Below are positions 1-9,610 of a stretch of 64,000 nucleotides of DNA, piece after piece. This stretch comes from a virus, in the IMG/VR virus record IMGVR_UViG_3300049489_001303, positions 1 to 64,000 of that record. One strand, given 5' to 3'. The notes below the pieces were generated by a model. The model did not search any database, was not told where the DNA came from, and was given only the letters and a program-made list of their open reading frames with translations. The translations under genes were made by a program, and so were the position numbers. Numbering within the stretch: the stretch's first letter is position 1; each line of letters opens with the position of its first letter.

Positions 1-999
1 CATATCGGTGCCCCCACCCCCAACCATCTTGAGCACATCTTTCCAGGTCCTCAGCTTGGACACACGATGCACCGCGGCGTCGCAGTCTATCACGCCGACT
101 GACTTATACATCTTGCTCAGAGACCCCAGGCACCCGGCCACCCAGTTGCCATGATTGCTCATGGAACCTGAGGTGTCGATCACTGCATAGACTTTGGGTG
201 TGTAGGCGTGACGGCTGGGGAGTAGTATCACATCCCCACGCTCCTGGCGCCGAGAGATGCCGGCCATGTTGTAGTCGGTGCGTCCGGTGATCACCTGGCG
301 CAGTCTTCGACGTACCTTCACACGCCAGTCAAGACGGGGCAGCTTACCCTCCATGCGGGCCTCCGCCCACAGCTTCACCCCATTGGGCACCTCCCCACGT
401 CCCGACGACACAGCGCCCTGAACATCCGCAGCGATGGCATCCCGCAGGGCATCGGCACTCTCCTTATCAACCACACCCTCATCGACGCTACCGGGGGCAT
501 CCAGCTCCCATTCACCCTTCTCACCCCCCACCCCAGAGCCGTGGCATACAGAGATGTTGATCTTCCGGATCTCCACACTGTCGTAGTATTCCTCAGCAAT
601 GAGACCGTCAGGCTTACCAAGCATTGCAGGCATGATACTGTTAGGCAGCGCAGGGGTGATGTCGTCATTGATCTCCGCATCCGTGGCGTAGTTCCACGCC
701 TTGTGATGCCGATCGCCCTCCCTGTCGTTATGTTCCCTCAGCAGGTGCTCGAGCTCATGGCGCATGATCCCCTCGATGTGGAACTGGTGCTCCACAAAGG
801 ACTCGAGCGAATAGTACAGCCGCCAGTACTTATCCACCGCGAAAGTGGGAAACCCCACCTTCAACACTGGCGTGAGCGCAGCAAACCCCCGCGCATAATA
901 GGGGTATTTCTCAGCAGCCTTGAACAAGCCGGTGAAGATCACACTGTGGTCTCTCCCCTCCAGCTTGTTCGCCTCTTCTGTTATGTCTTTAGCATCCAT
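1..999 (-). CDS. Zincin-like metallopeptidase + VWA domain protein (DUF2201-like), truncated at window edge
   Basis: Not in the ORF track (open at the edge). Manual translation from ATG 999 gives MDAKDITEE...FAVDKYWRLYY...RHELEHLLREH...WNYATDAEINDD...YAVIDTSGSMS...GGGGTDM: HExxH motif plus DxSxS MIDAS motif. Confidence 0.88.
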   Translation of the reverse strand, partial: MDAKDITEEANKLEGRDHSVIFTGLFKAAEKYPYYARGFAALTPVLKVGFPTFAVDKYWRLYYSLESFVEHQFHIEGIMRHELEHLLREHNDREGDRHHKAWNYATDAEINDDITPALPNSIMPAMLGKPDGLIAEEYYDSVEIRKINISVCHGSGVGGEKGEWELDAPGSVDEGVVDKESADALRDAIAADVQGAVSSGRGEVPNGVKLWAEARMEGKLPRLDWRVKVRRRLRQVITGRTDYNMAGISRRQERGDVILLPSRHAYTPKVYAVIDTSGSMSNHGNWVAGCLGSLSKMYKSVGVIDCDAAVHRVSKLRTWKDVLKMVGGGGTDM

Positions 1000-1216
1000 T
1001 GAACAACCTCATCAGTTCTTTGGGGCTGAACCCCCTGTCACATACTACACACCTCACACCATCGTCGGGGTGATTAATGTCACAGTAGTCATCCACCTCC
1101 ATGTCAGTCACGTAACCCTCATCATTTATTTCCTTGATGGTAGCATACTCGACAACATGCTGTACATAGGTGAGCTCTGTCCCGCAGAGGGGGCAGTTGT
1201 ATTTTCGCTGAGTCAT
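989..1216 (-). CDS. Small zinc-ribbon protein
   Basis: CPLC...CVVC pair; overlaps both neighbours. Confidence 0.65.
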   Translation of the reverse strand: MTQRKYNCPLCGTELTYVQHVVEYATIKEINDEGYVTDMEVDDYCDINHPDDGVRCVVCDRGFSPKELMRLFNGC

Positions 1217-1413
1217 TTGAAGTCCTCTGTTGTGACGGCTCTGGTGTTGTATAAGGGCCTGTATTGAGCAACGATGGAGCTTCCTCCACAGCCATCACCG
1301 AAGGTATTGCCATCCCCACACTGGTTGGCACCAAACGTATCACCACCACCATAGGTAGTTCCGAAGGACTGACCATAACCAGTGGCGCTGTCAATATAAC
1401 GGTGAATGCTCAT
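1213..1413 (-). CDS. Gly/Asp-rich mini-protein (array member)
   Basis: MSIHRYIDSATGYG...GDGNTFGDGCGGSS; ATGA coupling on both sides. Confidence 0.65.
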   Translation of the reverse strand: MSIHRYIDSATGYGQSFGTTYGGGDTFGANQCGDGNTFGDGCGGSSIVAQYRPLYNTRAVTTEDFK

Positions 1414-1613
1414 GGGAAATCCCTGAGTGATATTTCAGTGTGGAGACCCCCACCGTCCCCGGTACCAGTTCCGAAAGGCCACCCAAACCCAAATCCTTTC
1501 GCTGACCCGCAGCTGGATCCGAACCCGTTGCCCTGACACCCGAAGCCATCGCCATAACCTGTCCCATTACCGTAGGTGAATGCTTCTTGTAAGTGGTAAA
1601 GGTGGACCCTCAT
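1410..1613 (-). CDS. Gly-rich mini-protein (array member)
   Basis: GNGTGYGDGFG repeats; ATGA coupling with GGAGG RBS. Confidence 0.65.
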   Translation of the reverse strand: MRVHLYHLQEAFTYGNGTGYGDGFGCQGNGFGSSCGSAKGFGFGWPFGTGTGDGGGLHTEISLRDFP

Positions 1614-1861
1614 TGCGTATCCTCCAGGAGCATCTTCTCACCCTCCCCATCACCGTGCAAATCCGTGTAGCCGTAAACATCGTCCCCACCACACCCGTAG
1701 TCGCCGTCTCCACAACCGTCTCCACTGATACCCGCATAGAATGAACCGAATCCGCAGCCATTCCCGTTTAACCGTGGGGTCGTAGTCCATTCATGGCCCC
1801 CTATGTGCTGATACCCGGCGCCGAATCGGGGGTAGGCATCGGTGATTGTTCGCAGAATCAT
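1610..1861 (-). CDS. Gly/Asp-rich mini-protein (array member)
   Basis: Start reassigned to MILRTITDAYPRFG (ATGA overlap with the upstream gene, GGAGGAG RBS). Confidence 0.7.
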   Translation of the reverse strand: MILRTITDAYPRFGAGYQHIGGHEWTTTPRLNGNGCGFGSFYAGISGDGCGDGDYGCGGDDVYGYTDLHGDGEGEKMLLEDTQ

Positions 1862-2034
1862 TGCGTCTCCTCCAAGCCAATGGGGTCGCCCTCGCCATCC
1901 CCACTGAGCATTCCGCACATGCCACACCCGGTGTCTGAGCTACCATCACCGTAACCACTGCCCATACCCCCACCAGCGGGGCCCCCAAAGTCGCCATTGC
2001 CGAAGTGGGGGAAATCATCTGTGATGATCTTCAT
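1858..2034 (-). CDS. Gly/Asp-rich mini-protein (array member, 58 aa, not in ORF track)
   Basis: Manual translation MKIITDDFPHFGNGDFGG...GDGEGDPIGLEETQ; paralogue of 2031..2237. Confidence 0.7.
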   Translation of the reverse strand: MKIITDDFPHFGNGDFGGPAGGGMGSGYGDGSSDTGCGMCGMLSGDGEGDPIGLEETQ

Positions 2035-2239
2035 TGTGTATCCTTGGGTTCAATAGATGCACCGAAGCCATCGCCATCGAGAACTCCACCTGAACCACAC
2101 CCCGCATCTGTGTCACCACCACCATACCCATTACCCGGGTCGTGGAACATGATATGCTCGCCACCGTAACCGTCACCGTCAGAACCACCAGATGGGCCGT
2201 TGCCGAAGTGGGGGAACTCATCTGTGATGATCTTCATTG
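1993..2239. repeat. 44-bp direct repeat (1993-2036 and 2196-2239, 2 mismatches) spanning gene junctions
   Basis: gcc(a/g)ttgccgaagtgggggaa(a/c)tcatctgtgatgatcttcattg read directly. Confidence 0.9.
2031..2237 (-). CDS. Gly/Asp-rich mini-protein (array member)
   Basis: MKIITDEFPHFGNG...SDGDGYG; ATGA coupling. Confidence 0.7.
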   Translation of the reverse strand: MKIITDEFPHFGNGPSGGSDGDGYGGEHIMFHDPGNGYGGGDTDAGCGSGGVLDGDGFGASIEPKDTQ

Positions 2240-2437
2240 CATCCTCCCAGCATCAAGACATTCACCAACACCGTTAGCGATGTCGTGAGGATTCTTAACC
2301 TCGCCCCCACCACCATCACCATCCCCGGGATCTCCATCCCCGTAGAGTTCCAGGGCACCTGCACCGTAACCGTCACCATCACTGTATCCAAAGTTGAGAC
2401 CATCACCGGTGTGTCTGTAATCGGTGTAGGTTTTCAT
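2234..2437 (-). CDS. Gly/Asp-rich mini-protein (array member)
   Basis: MKTYTDYRHTGDG...SDGDGYG; starts 1 nt after the ATPase stop. Confidence 0.7.
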   Translation of the reverse strand: MKTYTDYRHTGDGLNFGYSDGDGYGAGALELYGDGDPGDGDGGGGEVKNPHDIANGVGECLDAGRMQ

Positions 2438-2438
2438 G

Positions 2439-3515
2439 CTATTTCTTGAACAGCTGATCAGCCCCCGTCAGGCTGTCCACCAGCTTCCTCTTCTCGGGGG
2501 TCTGGGGGATTTCGATGTTGCTCTGTACAGCAGCACGAACAGCACGACGTGTGGCGACCAACGCCACGTCCTTGCGGGCCTTCACGAGCAGCTTGAACAG
2601 GTCACCCATGCGACCATAGGCCAGGGCAACAGACACCGCGGAGTTGAGGGACAGAGCGACGCGATCGCCGCGGGAGGGCAGCTCCACCTTACCATCCAAC
2701 AGGTCTTTGCCGTTGGGCAGCTCCGTGTCCGCGAGCCAGGCAGTAAATTCCGTGCACGCTGCTCCCCCCACCAGCCCGGAGATGCAGGCACGTACTTCCT
2801 TGTCCTTCACGCGCTCCGGACCCACCATCCCGAGCAGCTTGGACACAGCACTCCAGGAGCGTGGCGACGGCCACCCCCGCATCGTTGCAGCGCTCTCCTT
2901 GGGAGGATCGAGCAGAGCCGAAGGAGCATGGGAAATCCACCCTGTTACCAGAGCACGACCCTCTGCACCCTCATTGCCGCCGACTCCCGCAGTTCCCCAC
3001 CCACCCAGCTCACCGGCAATCCACTCCTCATTGTTGAGGGTCCAGTCCAGATGGCACCAGCGGTTAGCGGTCGCGGCGGACAGATCCGTAGGATCCGCGG
3101 CATACTCGGGGGGATTAGCGGCGCCAATGATCTTCACTCCCCGCAGGTCGAGGTCCACCACCCGGCGTTCCTGCACCACACGCAGCAGCGCAGCCTGAAT
3201 CGAAGGCGGTGCGCAGGTGAGCTCGTCGAGCATCAACCACGCCTCACCACCCTTATCCAGCGCTCCCCTCAACCGACGTGCCCACGGCGGCGGAGCCACC
3301 TCCACGCCACTGTCTGTCATGTAGGGCCGACCGAGATCAGTGGGATCCATTGTGGATCCTATCAACACCTCAATGTGCGCACCGGCATCCGCGGCCATCT
3401 TCGTGACAGCAGCGGTCTTGCCTGTCCCCGGAGCACCCCAGAGCAGCACAGGTATATCAGAAGCGATCAATTTGTTGAGTTCTTGCATTGTTTTAAATCT
3501 CTTTCTCACCCTCAA
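2439..3515 (-). CDS. MoxR/dynein-related AAA+ ATPase
   Basis: Walker A GAPGTGKT, Walker B LMLDEL, IIGAANP sensor I, ANRW arginine finger, PSPRSW sensor II. Confidence 0.92.
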   Translation of the reverse strand: MRVRKRFKTMQELNKLIASDIPVLLWGAPGTGKTAAVTKMAADAGAHIEVLIGSTMDPTDLGRPYMTDSGVEVAPPPWARRLRGALDKGGEAWLMLDELTCAPPSIQAALLRVVQERRVVDLDLRGVKIIGAANPPEYAADPTDLSAATANRWCHLDWTLNNEEWIAGELGGWGTAGVGGNEGAEGRALVTGWISHAPSALLDPPKESAATMRGWPSPRSWSAVSKLLGMVGPERVKDKEVRACISGLVGGAACTEFTAWLADTELPNGKDLLDGKVELPSRGDRVALSLNSAVSVALAYGRMGDLFKLLVKARKDVALVATRRAVRAAVQSNIEIPQTPEKRKLVDSLTGADQLFKK

Positions 3516-3724
3516 AGGGTGTCAGTTTCATCTAAGGAATAGCTGTAGCCACTCCCGGTATCCTTATCGGTTACGCCCCATTCATCGTAGTTGAAATCAT
3601 CATCAGTGCGGCTCTTCCAGGACCAATTGTGGTTTTCATCACTGCTGCCGTTACCATCCGCGTGACCGTAGTCAGAGCCATCTCCCGAGCAGTGGTTGAA
3701 GTCCACAAGGGTGCGTAGCATCAT
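3512..3724 (-). CDS. Gly/Asp-rich mini-protein (array member)
   Basis: MMLRTLVDFNHCSGDGSDYG; coupled to the ATPase. Confidence 0.65.
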   Translation of the reverse strand: MMLRTLVDFNHCSGDGSDYGHADGNGSSDENHNWSWKSRTDDDFNYDEWGVTDKDTGSGYSYSLDETDTL

Positions 3725-3936
3725 TCGGTCTCCCCCTCAGTGATCCCTGTGGACATGTGTACACGCCACTTGCCACCACCATCACCTGTCAGGATTCGAC
3801 CAAACTCCACGCCCTTACCCATCCCACTCCCCATGCCCCCACCAGAGCCTTCGCCAGCAAACTGGCTGTGGGAGAGCTTACCTACCTGCCCATCACCCAG
3901 GCGGGGTGTGTAGTCTGTGATTGTTCGTAGTCTCAT
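3721..3936 (-). CDS. Gly-rich mini-protein (array member)
   Basis: MRLRTITDYTPRLGDG; N-terminus matches 1610..1861. Confidence 0.7.
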   Translation of the reverse strand: MRLRTITDYTPRLGDGQVGKLSHSQFAGEGSGGGMGSGMGKGVEFGRILTGDGGGKWRVHMSTGITEGETE

Positions 3937-4082
3937 GGATACCACCTATAACGATCATCCGCATACGCCAGATTTACTGAGTCGTCATATTCGTGGTATT
4001 CCCCAACACCGCGAGTCACTCTTGCCACAACAGAAGAACCTCCCGCGCCATCGCCAAAAGCGGTACCGTCTCCCCAATTCAT
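3933..4082 (-). CDS. Gly/Asp-rich mini-protein (49 aa, not in ORF track)
   Basis: Manual translation MNWGDGTAFGDGAGGSSVV...RYRWYP; ATGA overlaps at both ends. Confidence 0.65.
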   Translation of the reverse strand: MNWGDGTAFGDGAGGSSVVARVTRGVGEYHEYDDSVNLAYADDRYRWYP

Positions 4083-4261
4083 ATATACCACCTATAAACC
4101 TGGGTAATCATCGGGGTTTCGGGTATCCACTTTTTTATAGAGGCTAAGCCTCCCCCCGCCAAATCCCCAAAGTCCGAACCAGCACCACGCCGATCTTCGG
4201 ACACAGACGAAGAACCCCCAACGCCGTCGCCGAAATCGTCGCCATCGCCCCACCGTATCAT
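4079..4261 (-). CDS. Gly/Asp-rich mini-protein (array member)
   Basis: MIRWGDGDDFGDGVGGSSSV; paralogue of 3933..4082. Confidence 0.65.
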   Translation of the reverse strand: MIRWGDGDDFGDGVGGSSSVSEDRRGAGSDFGDLAGGGLASIKKWIPETPMITQVYRWYI

Positions 4262-4482
4262 CGCCGCCACCTGTAGTTATCGAGATGCCTGAGGTTATAG
4301 AACGCTCCACTCTTACCCCCACCAAAGCGATCACCGAAGAAGTAGTATTCACCGGCTATGCCAAAGCCGCAGCCATGTTTTTCCCAGTCGTCGTTGCTGC
4401 TTATCAAACAGTCACCCTCTTCAGAGAAATCCTCGCCATCACCTCGCTGGGATGAAAAGTCCTGATCCAGACAAGCTCTCAC
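4258..4482 (-). CDS. Gly/Asp-rich mini-protein (first member of the array)
   Basis: GTG start after GGAGG; RGDGEDFS...GCGFG...FGDRFGGG. Confidence 0.6.
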   Translation of the reverse strand: MRACLDQDFSSQRGDGEDFSEEGDCLISSNDDWEKHGCGFGIAGEYYFFGDRFGGGKSGAFYNLRHLDNYRWRR

Positions 4483-4498
4483 TCTACCACCTCCCACT

Positions 4499-4531
4499 AA
4501 AAAAAGGACCCACAGAATTAACTGTGGGCCC
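4499..4531 (-). terminator. Rho-independent terminator
   Basis: GGGCCCACAG-TTAATT-CTGTGGGTCC followed by T7 on the minus strand. Confidence 0.85.
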
Positions 4532-4544
4532 CTCTCAATTTAGA

Positions 4545-4940
4545 TCACTTGCCGGCAGCGAGGAGAGTGTCCTCGGTCTTGCCGATCATCTTTTCCCACG
4601 CCTCCACGGACTCCGGACGGATCACGTCCAGCGTCTGATGTATGGCGTCAACCGGAACGTTGATGGGCCACAACCCAGCATCGCAGGTTGTGCTGTCGGT
4701 GGGGCCGTGGTGCACCAGCTGGCCGATGCCGTGCTCAGTGCCCCAGTATCTCAGGGTGGTGTAACGGGGGATAATCACCCAATTGTGCCCCCACTTCTCC
4801 ACATGCTGGATCTCTTCCGGCTTGGTGATGACTACGAAGCCGCGGCCGAACATGATGATGGAGTATTTGACCTCTCCATCTTTGGACAGTTCAGCGATTT
4901 CTTTCTTCTGGGCAGATACATCTTTTTTCTTTGCGCTCAT
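4545..4940 (-). CDS. Conserved small phage protein (DUF6948-like)
   Basis: IIMFGRGFVV...LRYWGTEHGIGQLVHHGPT resembles, from memory, a family often found next to GxG-rich ORFs; AAGGA RBS. Confidence 0.55.
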   Translation of the reverse strand: MSAKKKDVSAQKKEIAELSKDGEVKYSIIMFGRGFVVITKPEEIQHVEKWGHNWVIIPRYTTLRYWGTEHGIGQLVHHGPTDSTTCDAGLWPINVPVDAIHQTLDVIRPESVEAWEKMIGKTEDTLLAAGK

Positions 4941-5289
4941 TCTTGTTATTCCTTTTTTCTTTTGGTTCTTCAATGAGTGGGAGAGACAGTTCTCCCGGAC
5001 GAAGTCTTGTACCGCACTATTGCTGATTTTTTGAAACTAGAGCTGAACTCGCAGGGCCTTGGGTATTTCACGGCCTTTAAGTATCCAATGGGTGTTCAAG
5101 GTACCGAAGCTGTTGAATACTCCCACGGTATCAAACACGTAGAAATCTCCCCCAGAGCCGTGCCTACTCCGAGTATCCCCAAAGCCTCGATTTGGTGTAT
5201 AGCAGATGAACTCAGTACTTCTCAGAGGATCTTTGCTGGGGGCTTTCAGCTCGTCGTGGTCGTAGAGGCACTCAGCGATGGGGCTCATT

Positions 5290-5841
5290 TCATACTGCCA
5301 TGTGGCTCTTGCACATCGGACATACAATGCTACCAGAGGCCGTGTAGAGCATGGCGTAGTGCTGTGAAACAGTATTGCAATTGAAACACATGTACTGACC
5401 GGCCGGCACCCTGATGATAGTGTTGATGTGAAGGCGCTCAATCTCAACCTTCAACTTGTAGATCTCGGCCTCTGCCTCTTTCAGCTTCAGCTTGAGACTC
5501 TTTCTCCCACCCAGCTCCCCTTTATGCTCTGCAGCCACATCGGAAGCCACCCACACCGTTGCGTTGCAGTTCTTGCGCGTCTTACGCACAAACCCATTTT
5601 CCATAACACGCCCAGCCAACACCAGCTCACGACGCCGCGGCACCTGGGTGGAGACGTGCAGCTTCAGCCCCACCTGGATCTCATCGTCGGTGGCGCCATG
5701 TATACCCTGCAGCTTCAAGAAGCTGTATACCTGTTCCCGCAACATAGCTGCGTTGGGCTCCACCTTCTCCGCAGCTGATTTTGATGTTTCACTATCCCCT
5801 TGAAAGGGGAGCTCAAGTGATTTTGTGTCGAGCCATCCCAT
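5290..5841 (-). CDS. Winged helix-turn-helix protein with C-terminal coiled coil and Zn ribbon
   Basis: TSKSAAE...GATDDEI...PRRRELVLAGRV...RKTRKNCNATVW; CFNC..CPMC. Confidence 0.65.
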   Translation of the reverse strand: MGWLDTKSLELPFQGDSETSKSAAEKVEPNAAMLREQVYSFLKLQGIHGATDDEIQVGLKLHVSTQVPRRRELVLAGRVMENGFVRKTRKNCNATVWVASDVAAEHKGELGGRKSLKLKLKEAEAEIYKLKVEIERLHINTIIRVPAGQYMCFNCNTVSQHYAMLYTASGSIVCPMCKSHMAV

Positions 5842-7615
5842 GTATCACCTCTTTTCTTTTAATCCCCGTTTGTCGATGCGTGCTAACACCATGCACGCCT
5901 TCGCTGCCGCCTCCAGCGTCTTAGGGCCGGGAGGCACACGGATGGCAGCCAGCTGGTTGTTGTCTTTGTTGTCCCACACCGCCACCCACTCGATGTCGTC
6001 CGTCTCGTAGTTGAATCCGGTGTGGAGACTGTAGTCCTCCAGGCCCTTGGGTCCCACATAGTCGTCGCTGGGTTCCATCTGCAGGCGCCGTACGTGCTTC
6101 CAGCCGGCAGCTTCAACCGCGTCGATCAGCTTGGTTACTTTGGCCACAGCTCTACTGCGGGCCTTGGGGTCGTTAATCAGTGTGTCCAGTTTCATTCATC
6201 CTCCCAATACCGCGTACGAAACTCACGGTTCTCGTCATTGAGGTAGCGCCACCCATGGCAAATGCCCATCACAAAACCTTCGTGTGTGATCATGGTAGGC
6301 CACCTCACCACTACTTCCCCCGTGGCAACCCCAGTGATAAAGTCTTTGCCGCCCATGTCCGGAGCGCCCTTGTACGCTTCAACTACCTTCCCCATCTCAG
6401 GGACGTGTGGTTTCCAGGGCATTACTCGCCCCTCGGTGGATACTTCTTCTGCAGCTTTCTCGATGCCAGGAACAGCTTCTCCACACTGACGTAAACATCA
6501 GCGCTGAAGGATTTCTGCAGCTTCTTCAACAGACGGATGTCGTCGGGGGTGAGGAGCTCCTCATCATCCGTAAGCCCCGCCTGCGTTGCATGAAATTCTA
6601 CCAGTGCACGGTAGTCTTCGCGGGAAGCTTCCAATAGCCTCTTCAGTGTCCCTTCCAGATAGCAGACGCGGTCATGCAGTTTCCAGTTCTGCTCGTGGAT
6701 CACTTTGCTGTGCAGCTTCTCGAGGAAGAGGCTTACAGAGGACATGAACAGCAGCGCAGACAGAACAATTATCCCGGTAATCATGATTTCTTCTCCCATA
6801 GCTTCCGCACCAGCACTGCTTGTTCCTGCAGTACGCCAAAGGTGCTCTCCCAGATGCTCTCCACAGCGGAGAGGCGTTTCTGCAGAGATTCTTTCTCACG
6901 CTCCAACTGCACGTGGTTGATAGCTGCTACGAACATCCAGTAATAGTCTTTGGGGTCCTGGGCCCTGTTCAGGCGCTTGAGAGTGCGCACGTTCAGTGTA
7001 CAGTCGTAGGGTATTTCCTCGCCACGTTTCAGGATCTCATGTCCGGTGCGAATCTCCTGCATAGTTTCTGGTGGGAGCCAACGGGCGTCTTCCAGGTACT
7101 TGTCGTAGAGTTCTTCGTCGGTCATGGCACCTTCTCCATCACAAGGTCACTGTGTCTCAGGATGCTGTCAATCATCCAGTCATACCCGCAGAAACCTGCA
7201 GACGGTGCTTTGGGCATCGACGGGTTTGAGATCTGTGCTGTGACCTCCGCCACCCACCCATCATCGAACCGATAAGACCAACTCTTCGGGGCGTCCATGA
7301 TCCCCAGCTTCTCCACTGTCTTTCGGGACACATTTCGCACTTCGTAGTGGGGCTCGTCTGCTCCCGACCAACGCCCATTCCAGGATTTCACCACAGGCAT
7401 TGTCAGACTGAACCTGACTTTGAACTTGCTGGGCGGTTTATACAACCCGCACTTCTTTTCTGCGGCAAGCACACAAGCCTCGAGGGTCTCTCCCGAGAAC
7501 ACCCCCGCCCCTGTGTTGATAACTACATCTTTGGCGTCCCAGTACGTGACGACGCTCAAAGGGGCCACATTGAGCTTCTTGCAGACCGCTCTCAGGCGGT
7601 CGTCTATTGTTTTCT

Positions 7616-8164
7616 TCATATCTTCGAATACCTTTCCACCAACGCGGCGTATTTGTCTGTGAGGCGGGTGCAGTCATTCAGAAGCTCTTGCCCTCTGGTA
7701 ATAACTTCCCGGCTTTCCCTCAAAGAATCCATGCAGTCAAATACCTGTCCGCATCCGGCCTTGCCTTCCGATATGTTCTTGTAGTAGGCCCTGTCTTGTT
7801 CGCACATCCCCCTCGTCACCAGGCACACATCAAGCTGCTTCGTTGTGGGGCAGATACAATGCGCCGGGCACGTGCCGGGTGTCTGCAGCTTCACGCGCAG
7901 GGCTTCTTTGGGGTCGAGGGGTTTGCTTTCCAACACCTCGCACTGCACGTTCTTGGCGGCAAACCATTTGGTGAAGCCTTCGTTGTTCTCTTTGAGGCGC
8001 ACTTCAAGGAGGCCTTTGTTGCACTGGGTCTCCACCGTGTAGGCGGTGGGTTTGGTGGGTTTGGTCGGTTGTGGTTCCGGCACCATAAGACGTGTAACTA
8101 CAATACCGATGATAAGAGAAGGCAGGCCGTATACTGCCCAGTGTTTCCAGCTGAATTCAATCAT
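7616..8164 (-). CDS. Cys-rich membrane-anchored protein
   Basis: N-terminal TM (WAVYGLPSLIIGIVV) followed by multiple Cys. Confidence 0.55.
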   Translation of the reverse strand: MIEFSWKHWAVYGLPSLIIGIVVTRLMVPEPQPTKPTKPTAYTVETQCNKGLLEVRLKENNEGFTKWFAAKNVQCEVLESKPLDPKEALRVKLQTPGTCPAHCICPTTKQLDVCLVTRGMCEQDRAYYKNISEGKAGCGQVFDCMDSLRESREVITRGQELLNDCTRLTDKYAALVERYSKI

Positions 8165-9319
8165 GGTTGCCTCAATAACGTTCTTGGCCAGGGCCGCACT
8201 GATGGCGGCGCCGGCGTTGGTTGGTGGGCTAATGCCCGTTTGAAGGAACTGGGCAGTGGCGCCCATGGAACCTTGCGGGGCTTCCCATCATCGACGGGAA
8301 ACTCCACAAAGCCACGGGCGTCACATGTGGACGTGACATCAATCCAGCCGTAGTCTTCGGTGGGGCTGTAGATCGTCCGGAACCCAGTTCCTTGCGGAAT
8401 TGTTCGGTAGTAGCCTTCGGTGGCGTAGGGTGTGTAGCCTACCATGACTACAGTATGCTCCTGCAAAATTCATCAAGGACGTCGTACGCACACTCCCCAC
8501 GCTTCTTCCATACGGGATCTGGACCGAATGAGCGCTCCGCAATCACCATGCTATGCCCTGTGTCGAAGCACTTACAGGCGTGGTTGAGGGGCGTGGGGTT
8601 GATCATGCACTGTATCAAGGCATTCCCCAGCGCCTCTATCTTGAGGGCTTCCTGCCGCTTCGGGGGCTCGAAGTTGCCCCAGCCATGGTTGTCGCTCATG
8701 GATCCACCGCATCCCTCTTCGCTTGGAGGATCTTGTCCTTCACGCTATTGATGTAGCGCTCGAAGTCGTCCAGGGCTCGCGCCGTATCCGCCAGAGAGTC
8801 TTCGTTGTAGACCTCCAGCAGGATCTGCGCTTTGTTGAACATGTCCTCCGCCTCCGCGAAGAGCACAGCGAACCGTGCCCTGGCGGCGGGGGTGAACTTG
8901 TCGGGGATAGTCACCATGACCTCCCCGTTGTCGTAGACCACGTCAAACTTTTCAGCGATCATTTCTTCAACCTCCCTTCCGCTTTCAAGAATTCAAAGAA
9001 CTCCGCGGCGACGTCACGTGGTGACAGCTCTATAAGATCTCTGTTTGTGTCCTGTAACTGTACGAAGAATCTGTCCACGTAATTGCCGTGGACTCGGGCC
9101 CAATCCTTCTTCCACTGGATTTCTTTGGCTCTACAGTGGCTAAGATCTACGTCCAACATCTTCCAGCACTTGGGACATGTAACCTTCAAGGAGTCCAGCT
9201 CTTCGAGATACCAGACAGGGCCCTCAACGGCCAAGCCGCACAAGGTAAGGTCGTCCTCCTCGGCGTGAACATGCACCTTTCCCTTGGGCTTATCCGTCTT
9301 CAGGCTGCGGGCTTGGCAA

Positions 9320-9610
9320 TTACACAGCGTCATCATCCTCCTCCGGCACATACTCCTCCAAGATCCCGAGCAGGGCGATGCGTGCCTTCTCGTTGATATG
9401 GGGTAAGAGCTTCTCATCCCTCGCAATATCCTGGAAGCATTTCATCAGCGCGATGTCTTCCGCGGGGTTGGTGGTGTCATCCACAACGCATGTGTCTTGT
9501 AACCCCTCTATCGTTTTTTCCATAAAGGGAATTATCACCCAGCCAATGACTGCGGCGATCCCTACAAGACATACCAAAGCCGAGATTACGATTATTACTA
9601 TTGCGCTCAT
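9320..9610 (-). CDS. Membrane protein, paralogue of 9607..9954
   Basis: N-terminal TM; EDIALMKCFQDIA motif. Confidence 0.6.
   Translation of the reverse strand: MSAIVIIVISALVCLVGIAAVIGWVIIPFMEKTIEGLQDTCVVDDTTNPAEDIALMKCFQDIARDEKLLPHINEKARIALLGILEEYVPEEDDDAV

Noticed and set aside
1122-2406. Alternative-frame minus-strand ORFs (e.g. 1791..2018, 2015..2221, 2218..2406) ending EDHHR
   Set aside because: Frame shadows of the Gly-rich genes; they lack RBSs and the ATGA coupling seen in the Gly-rich frame.
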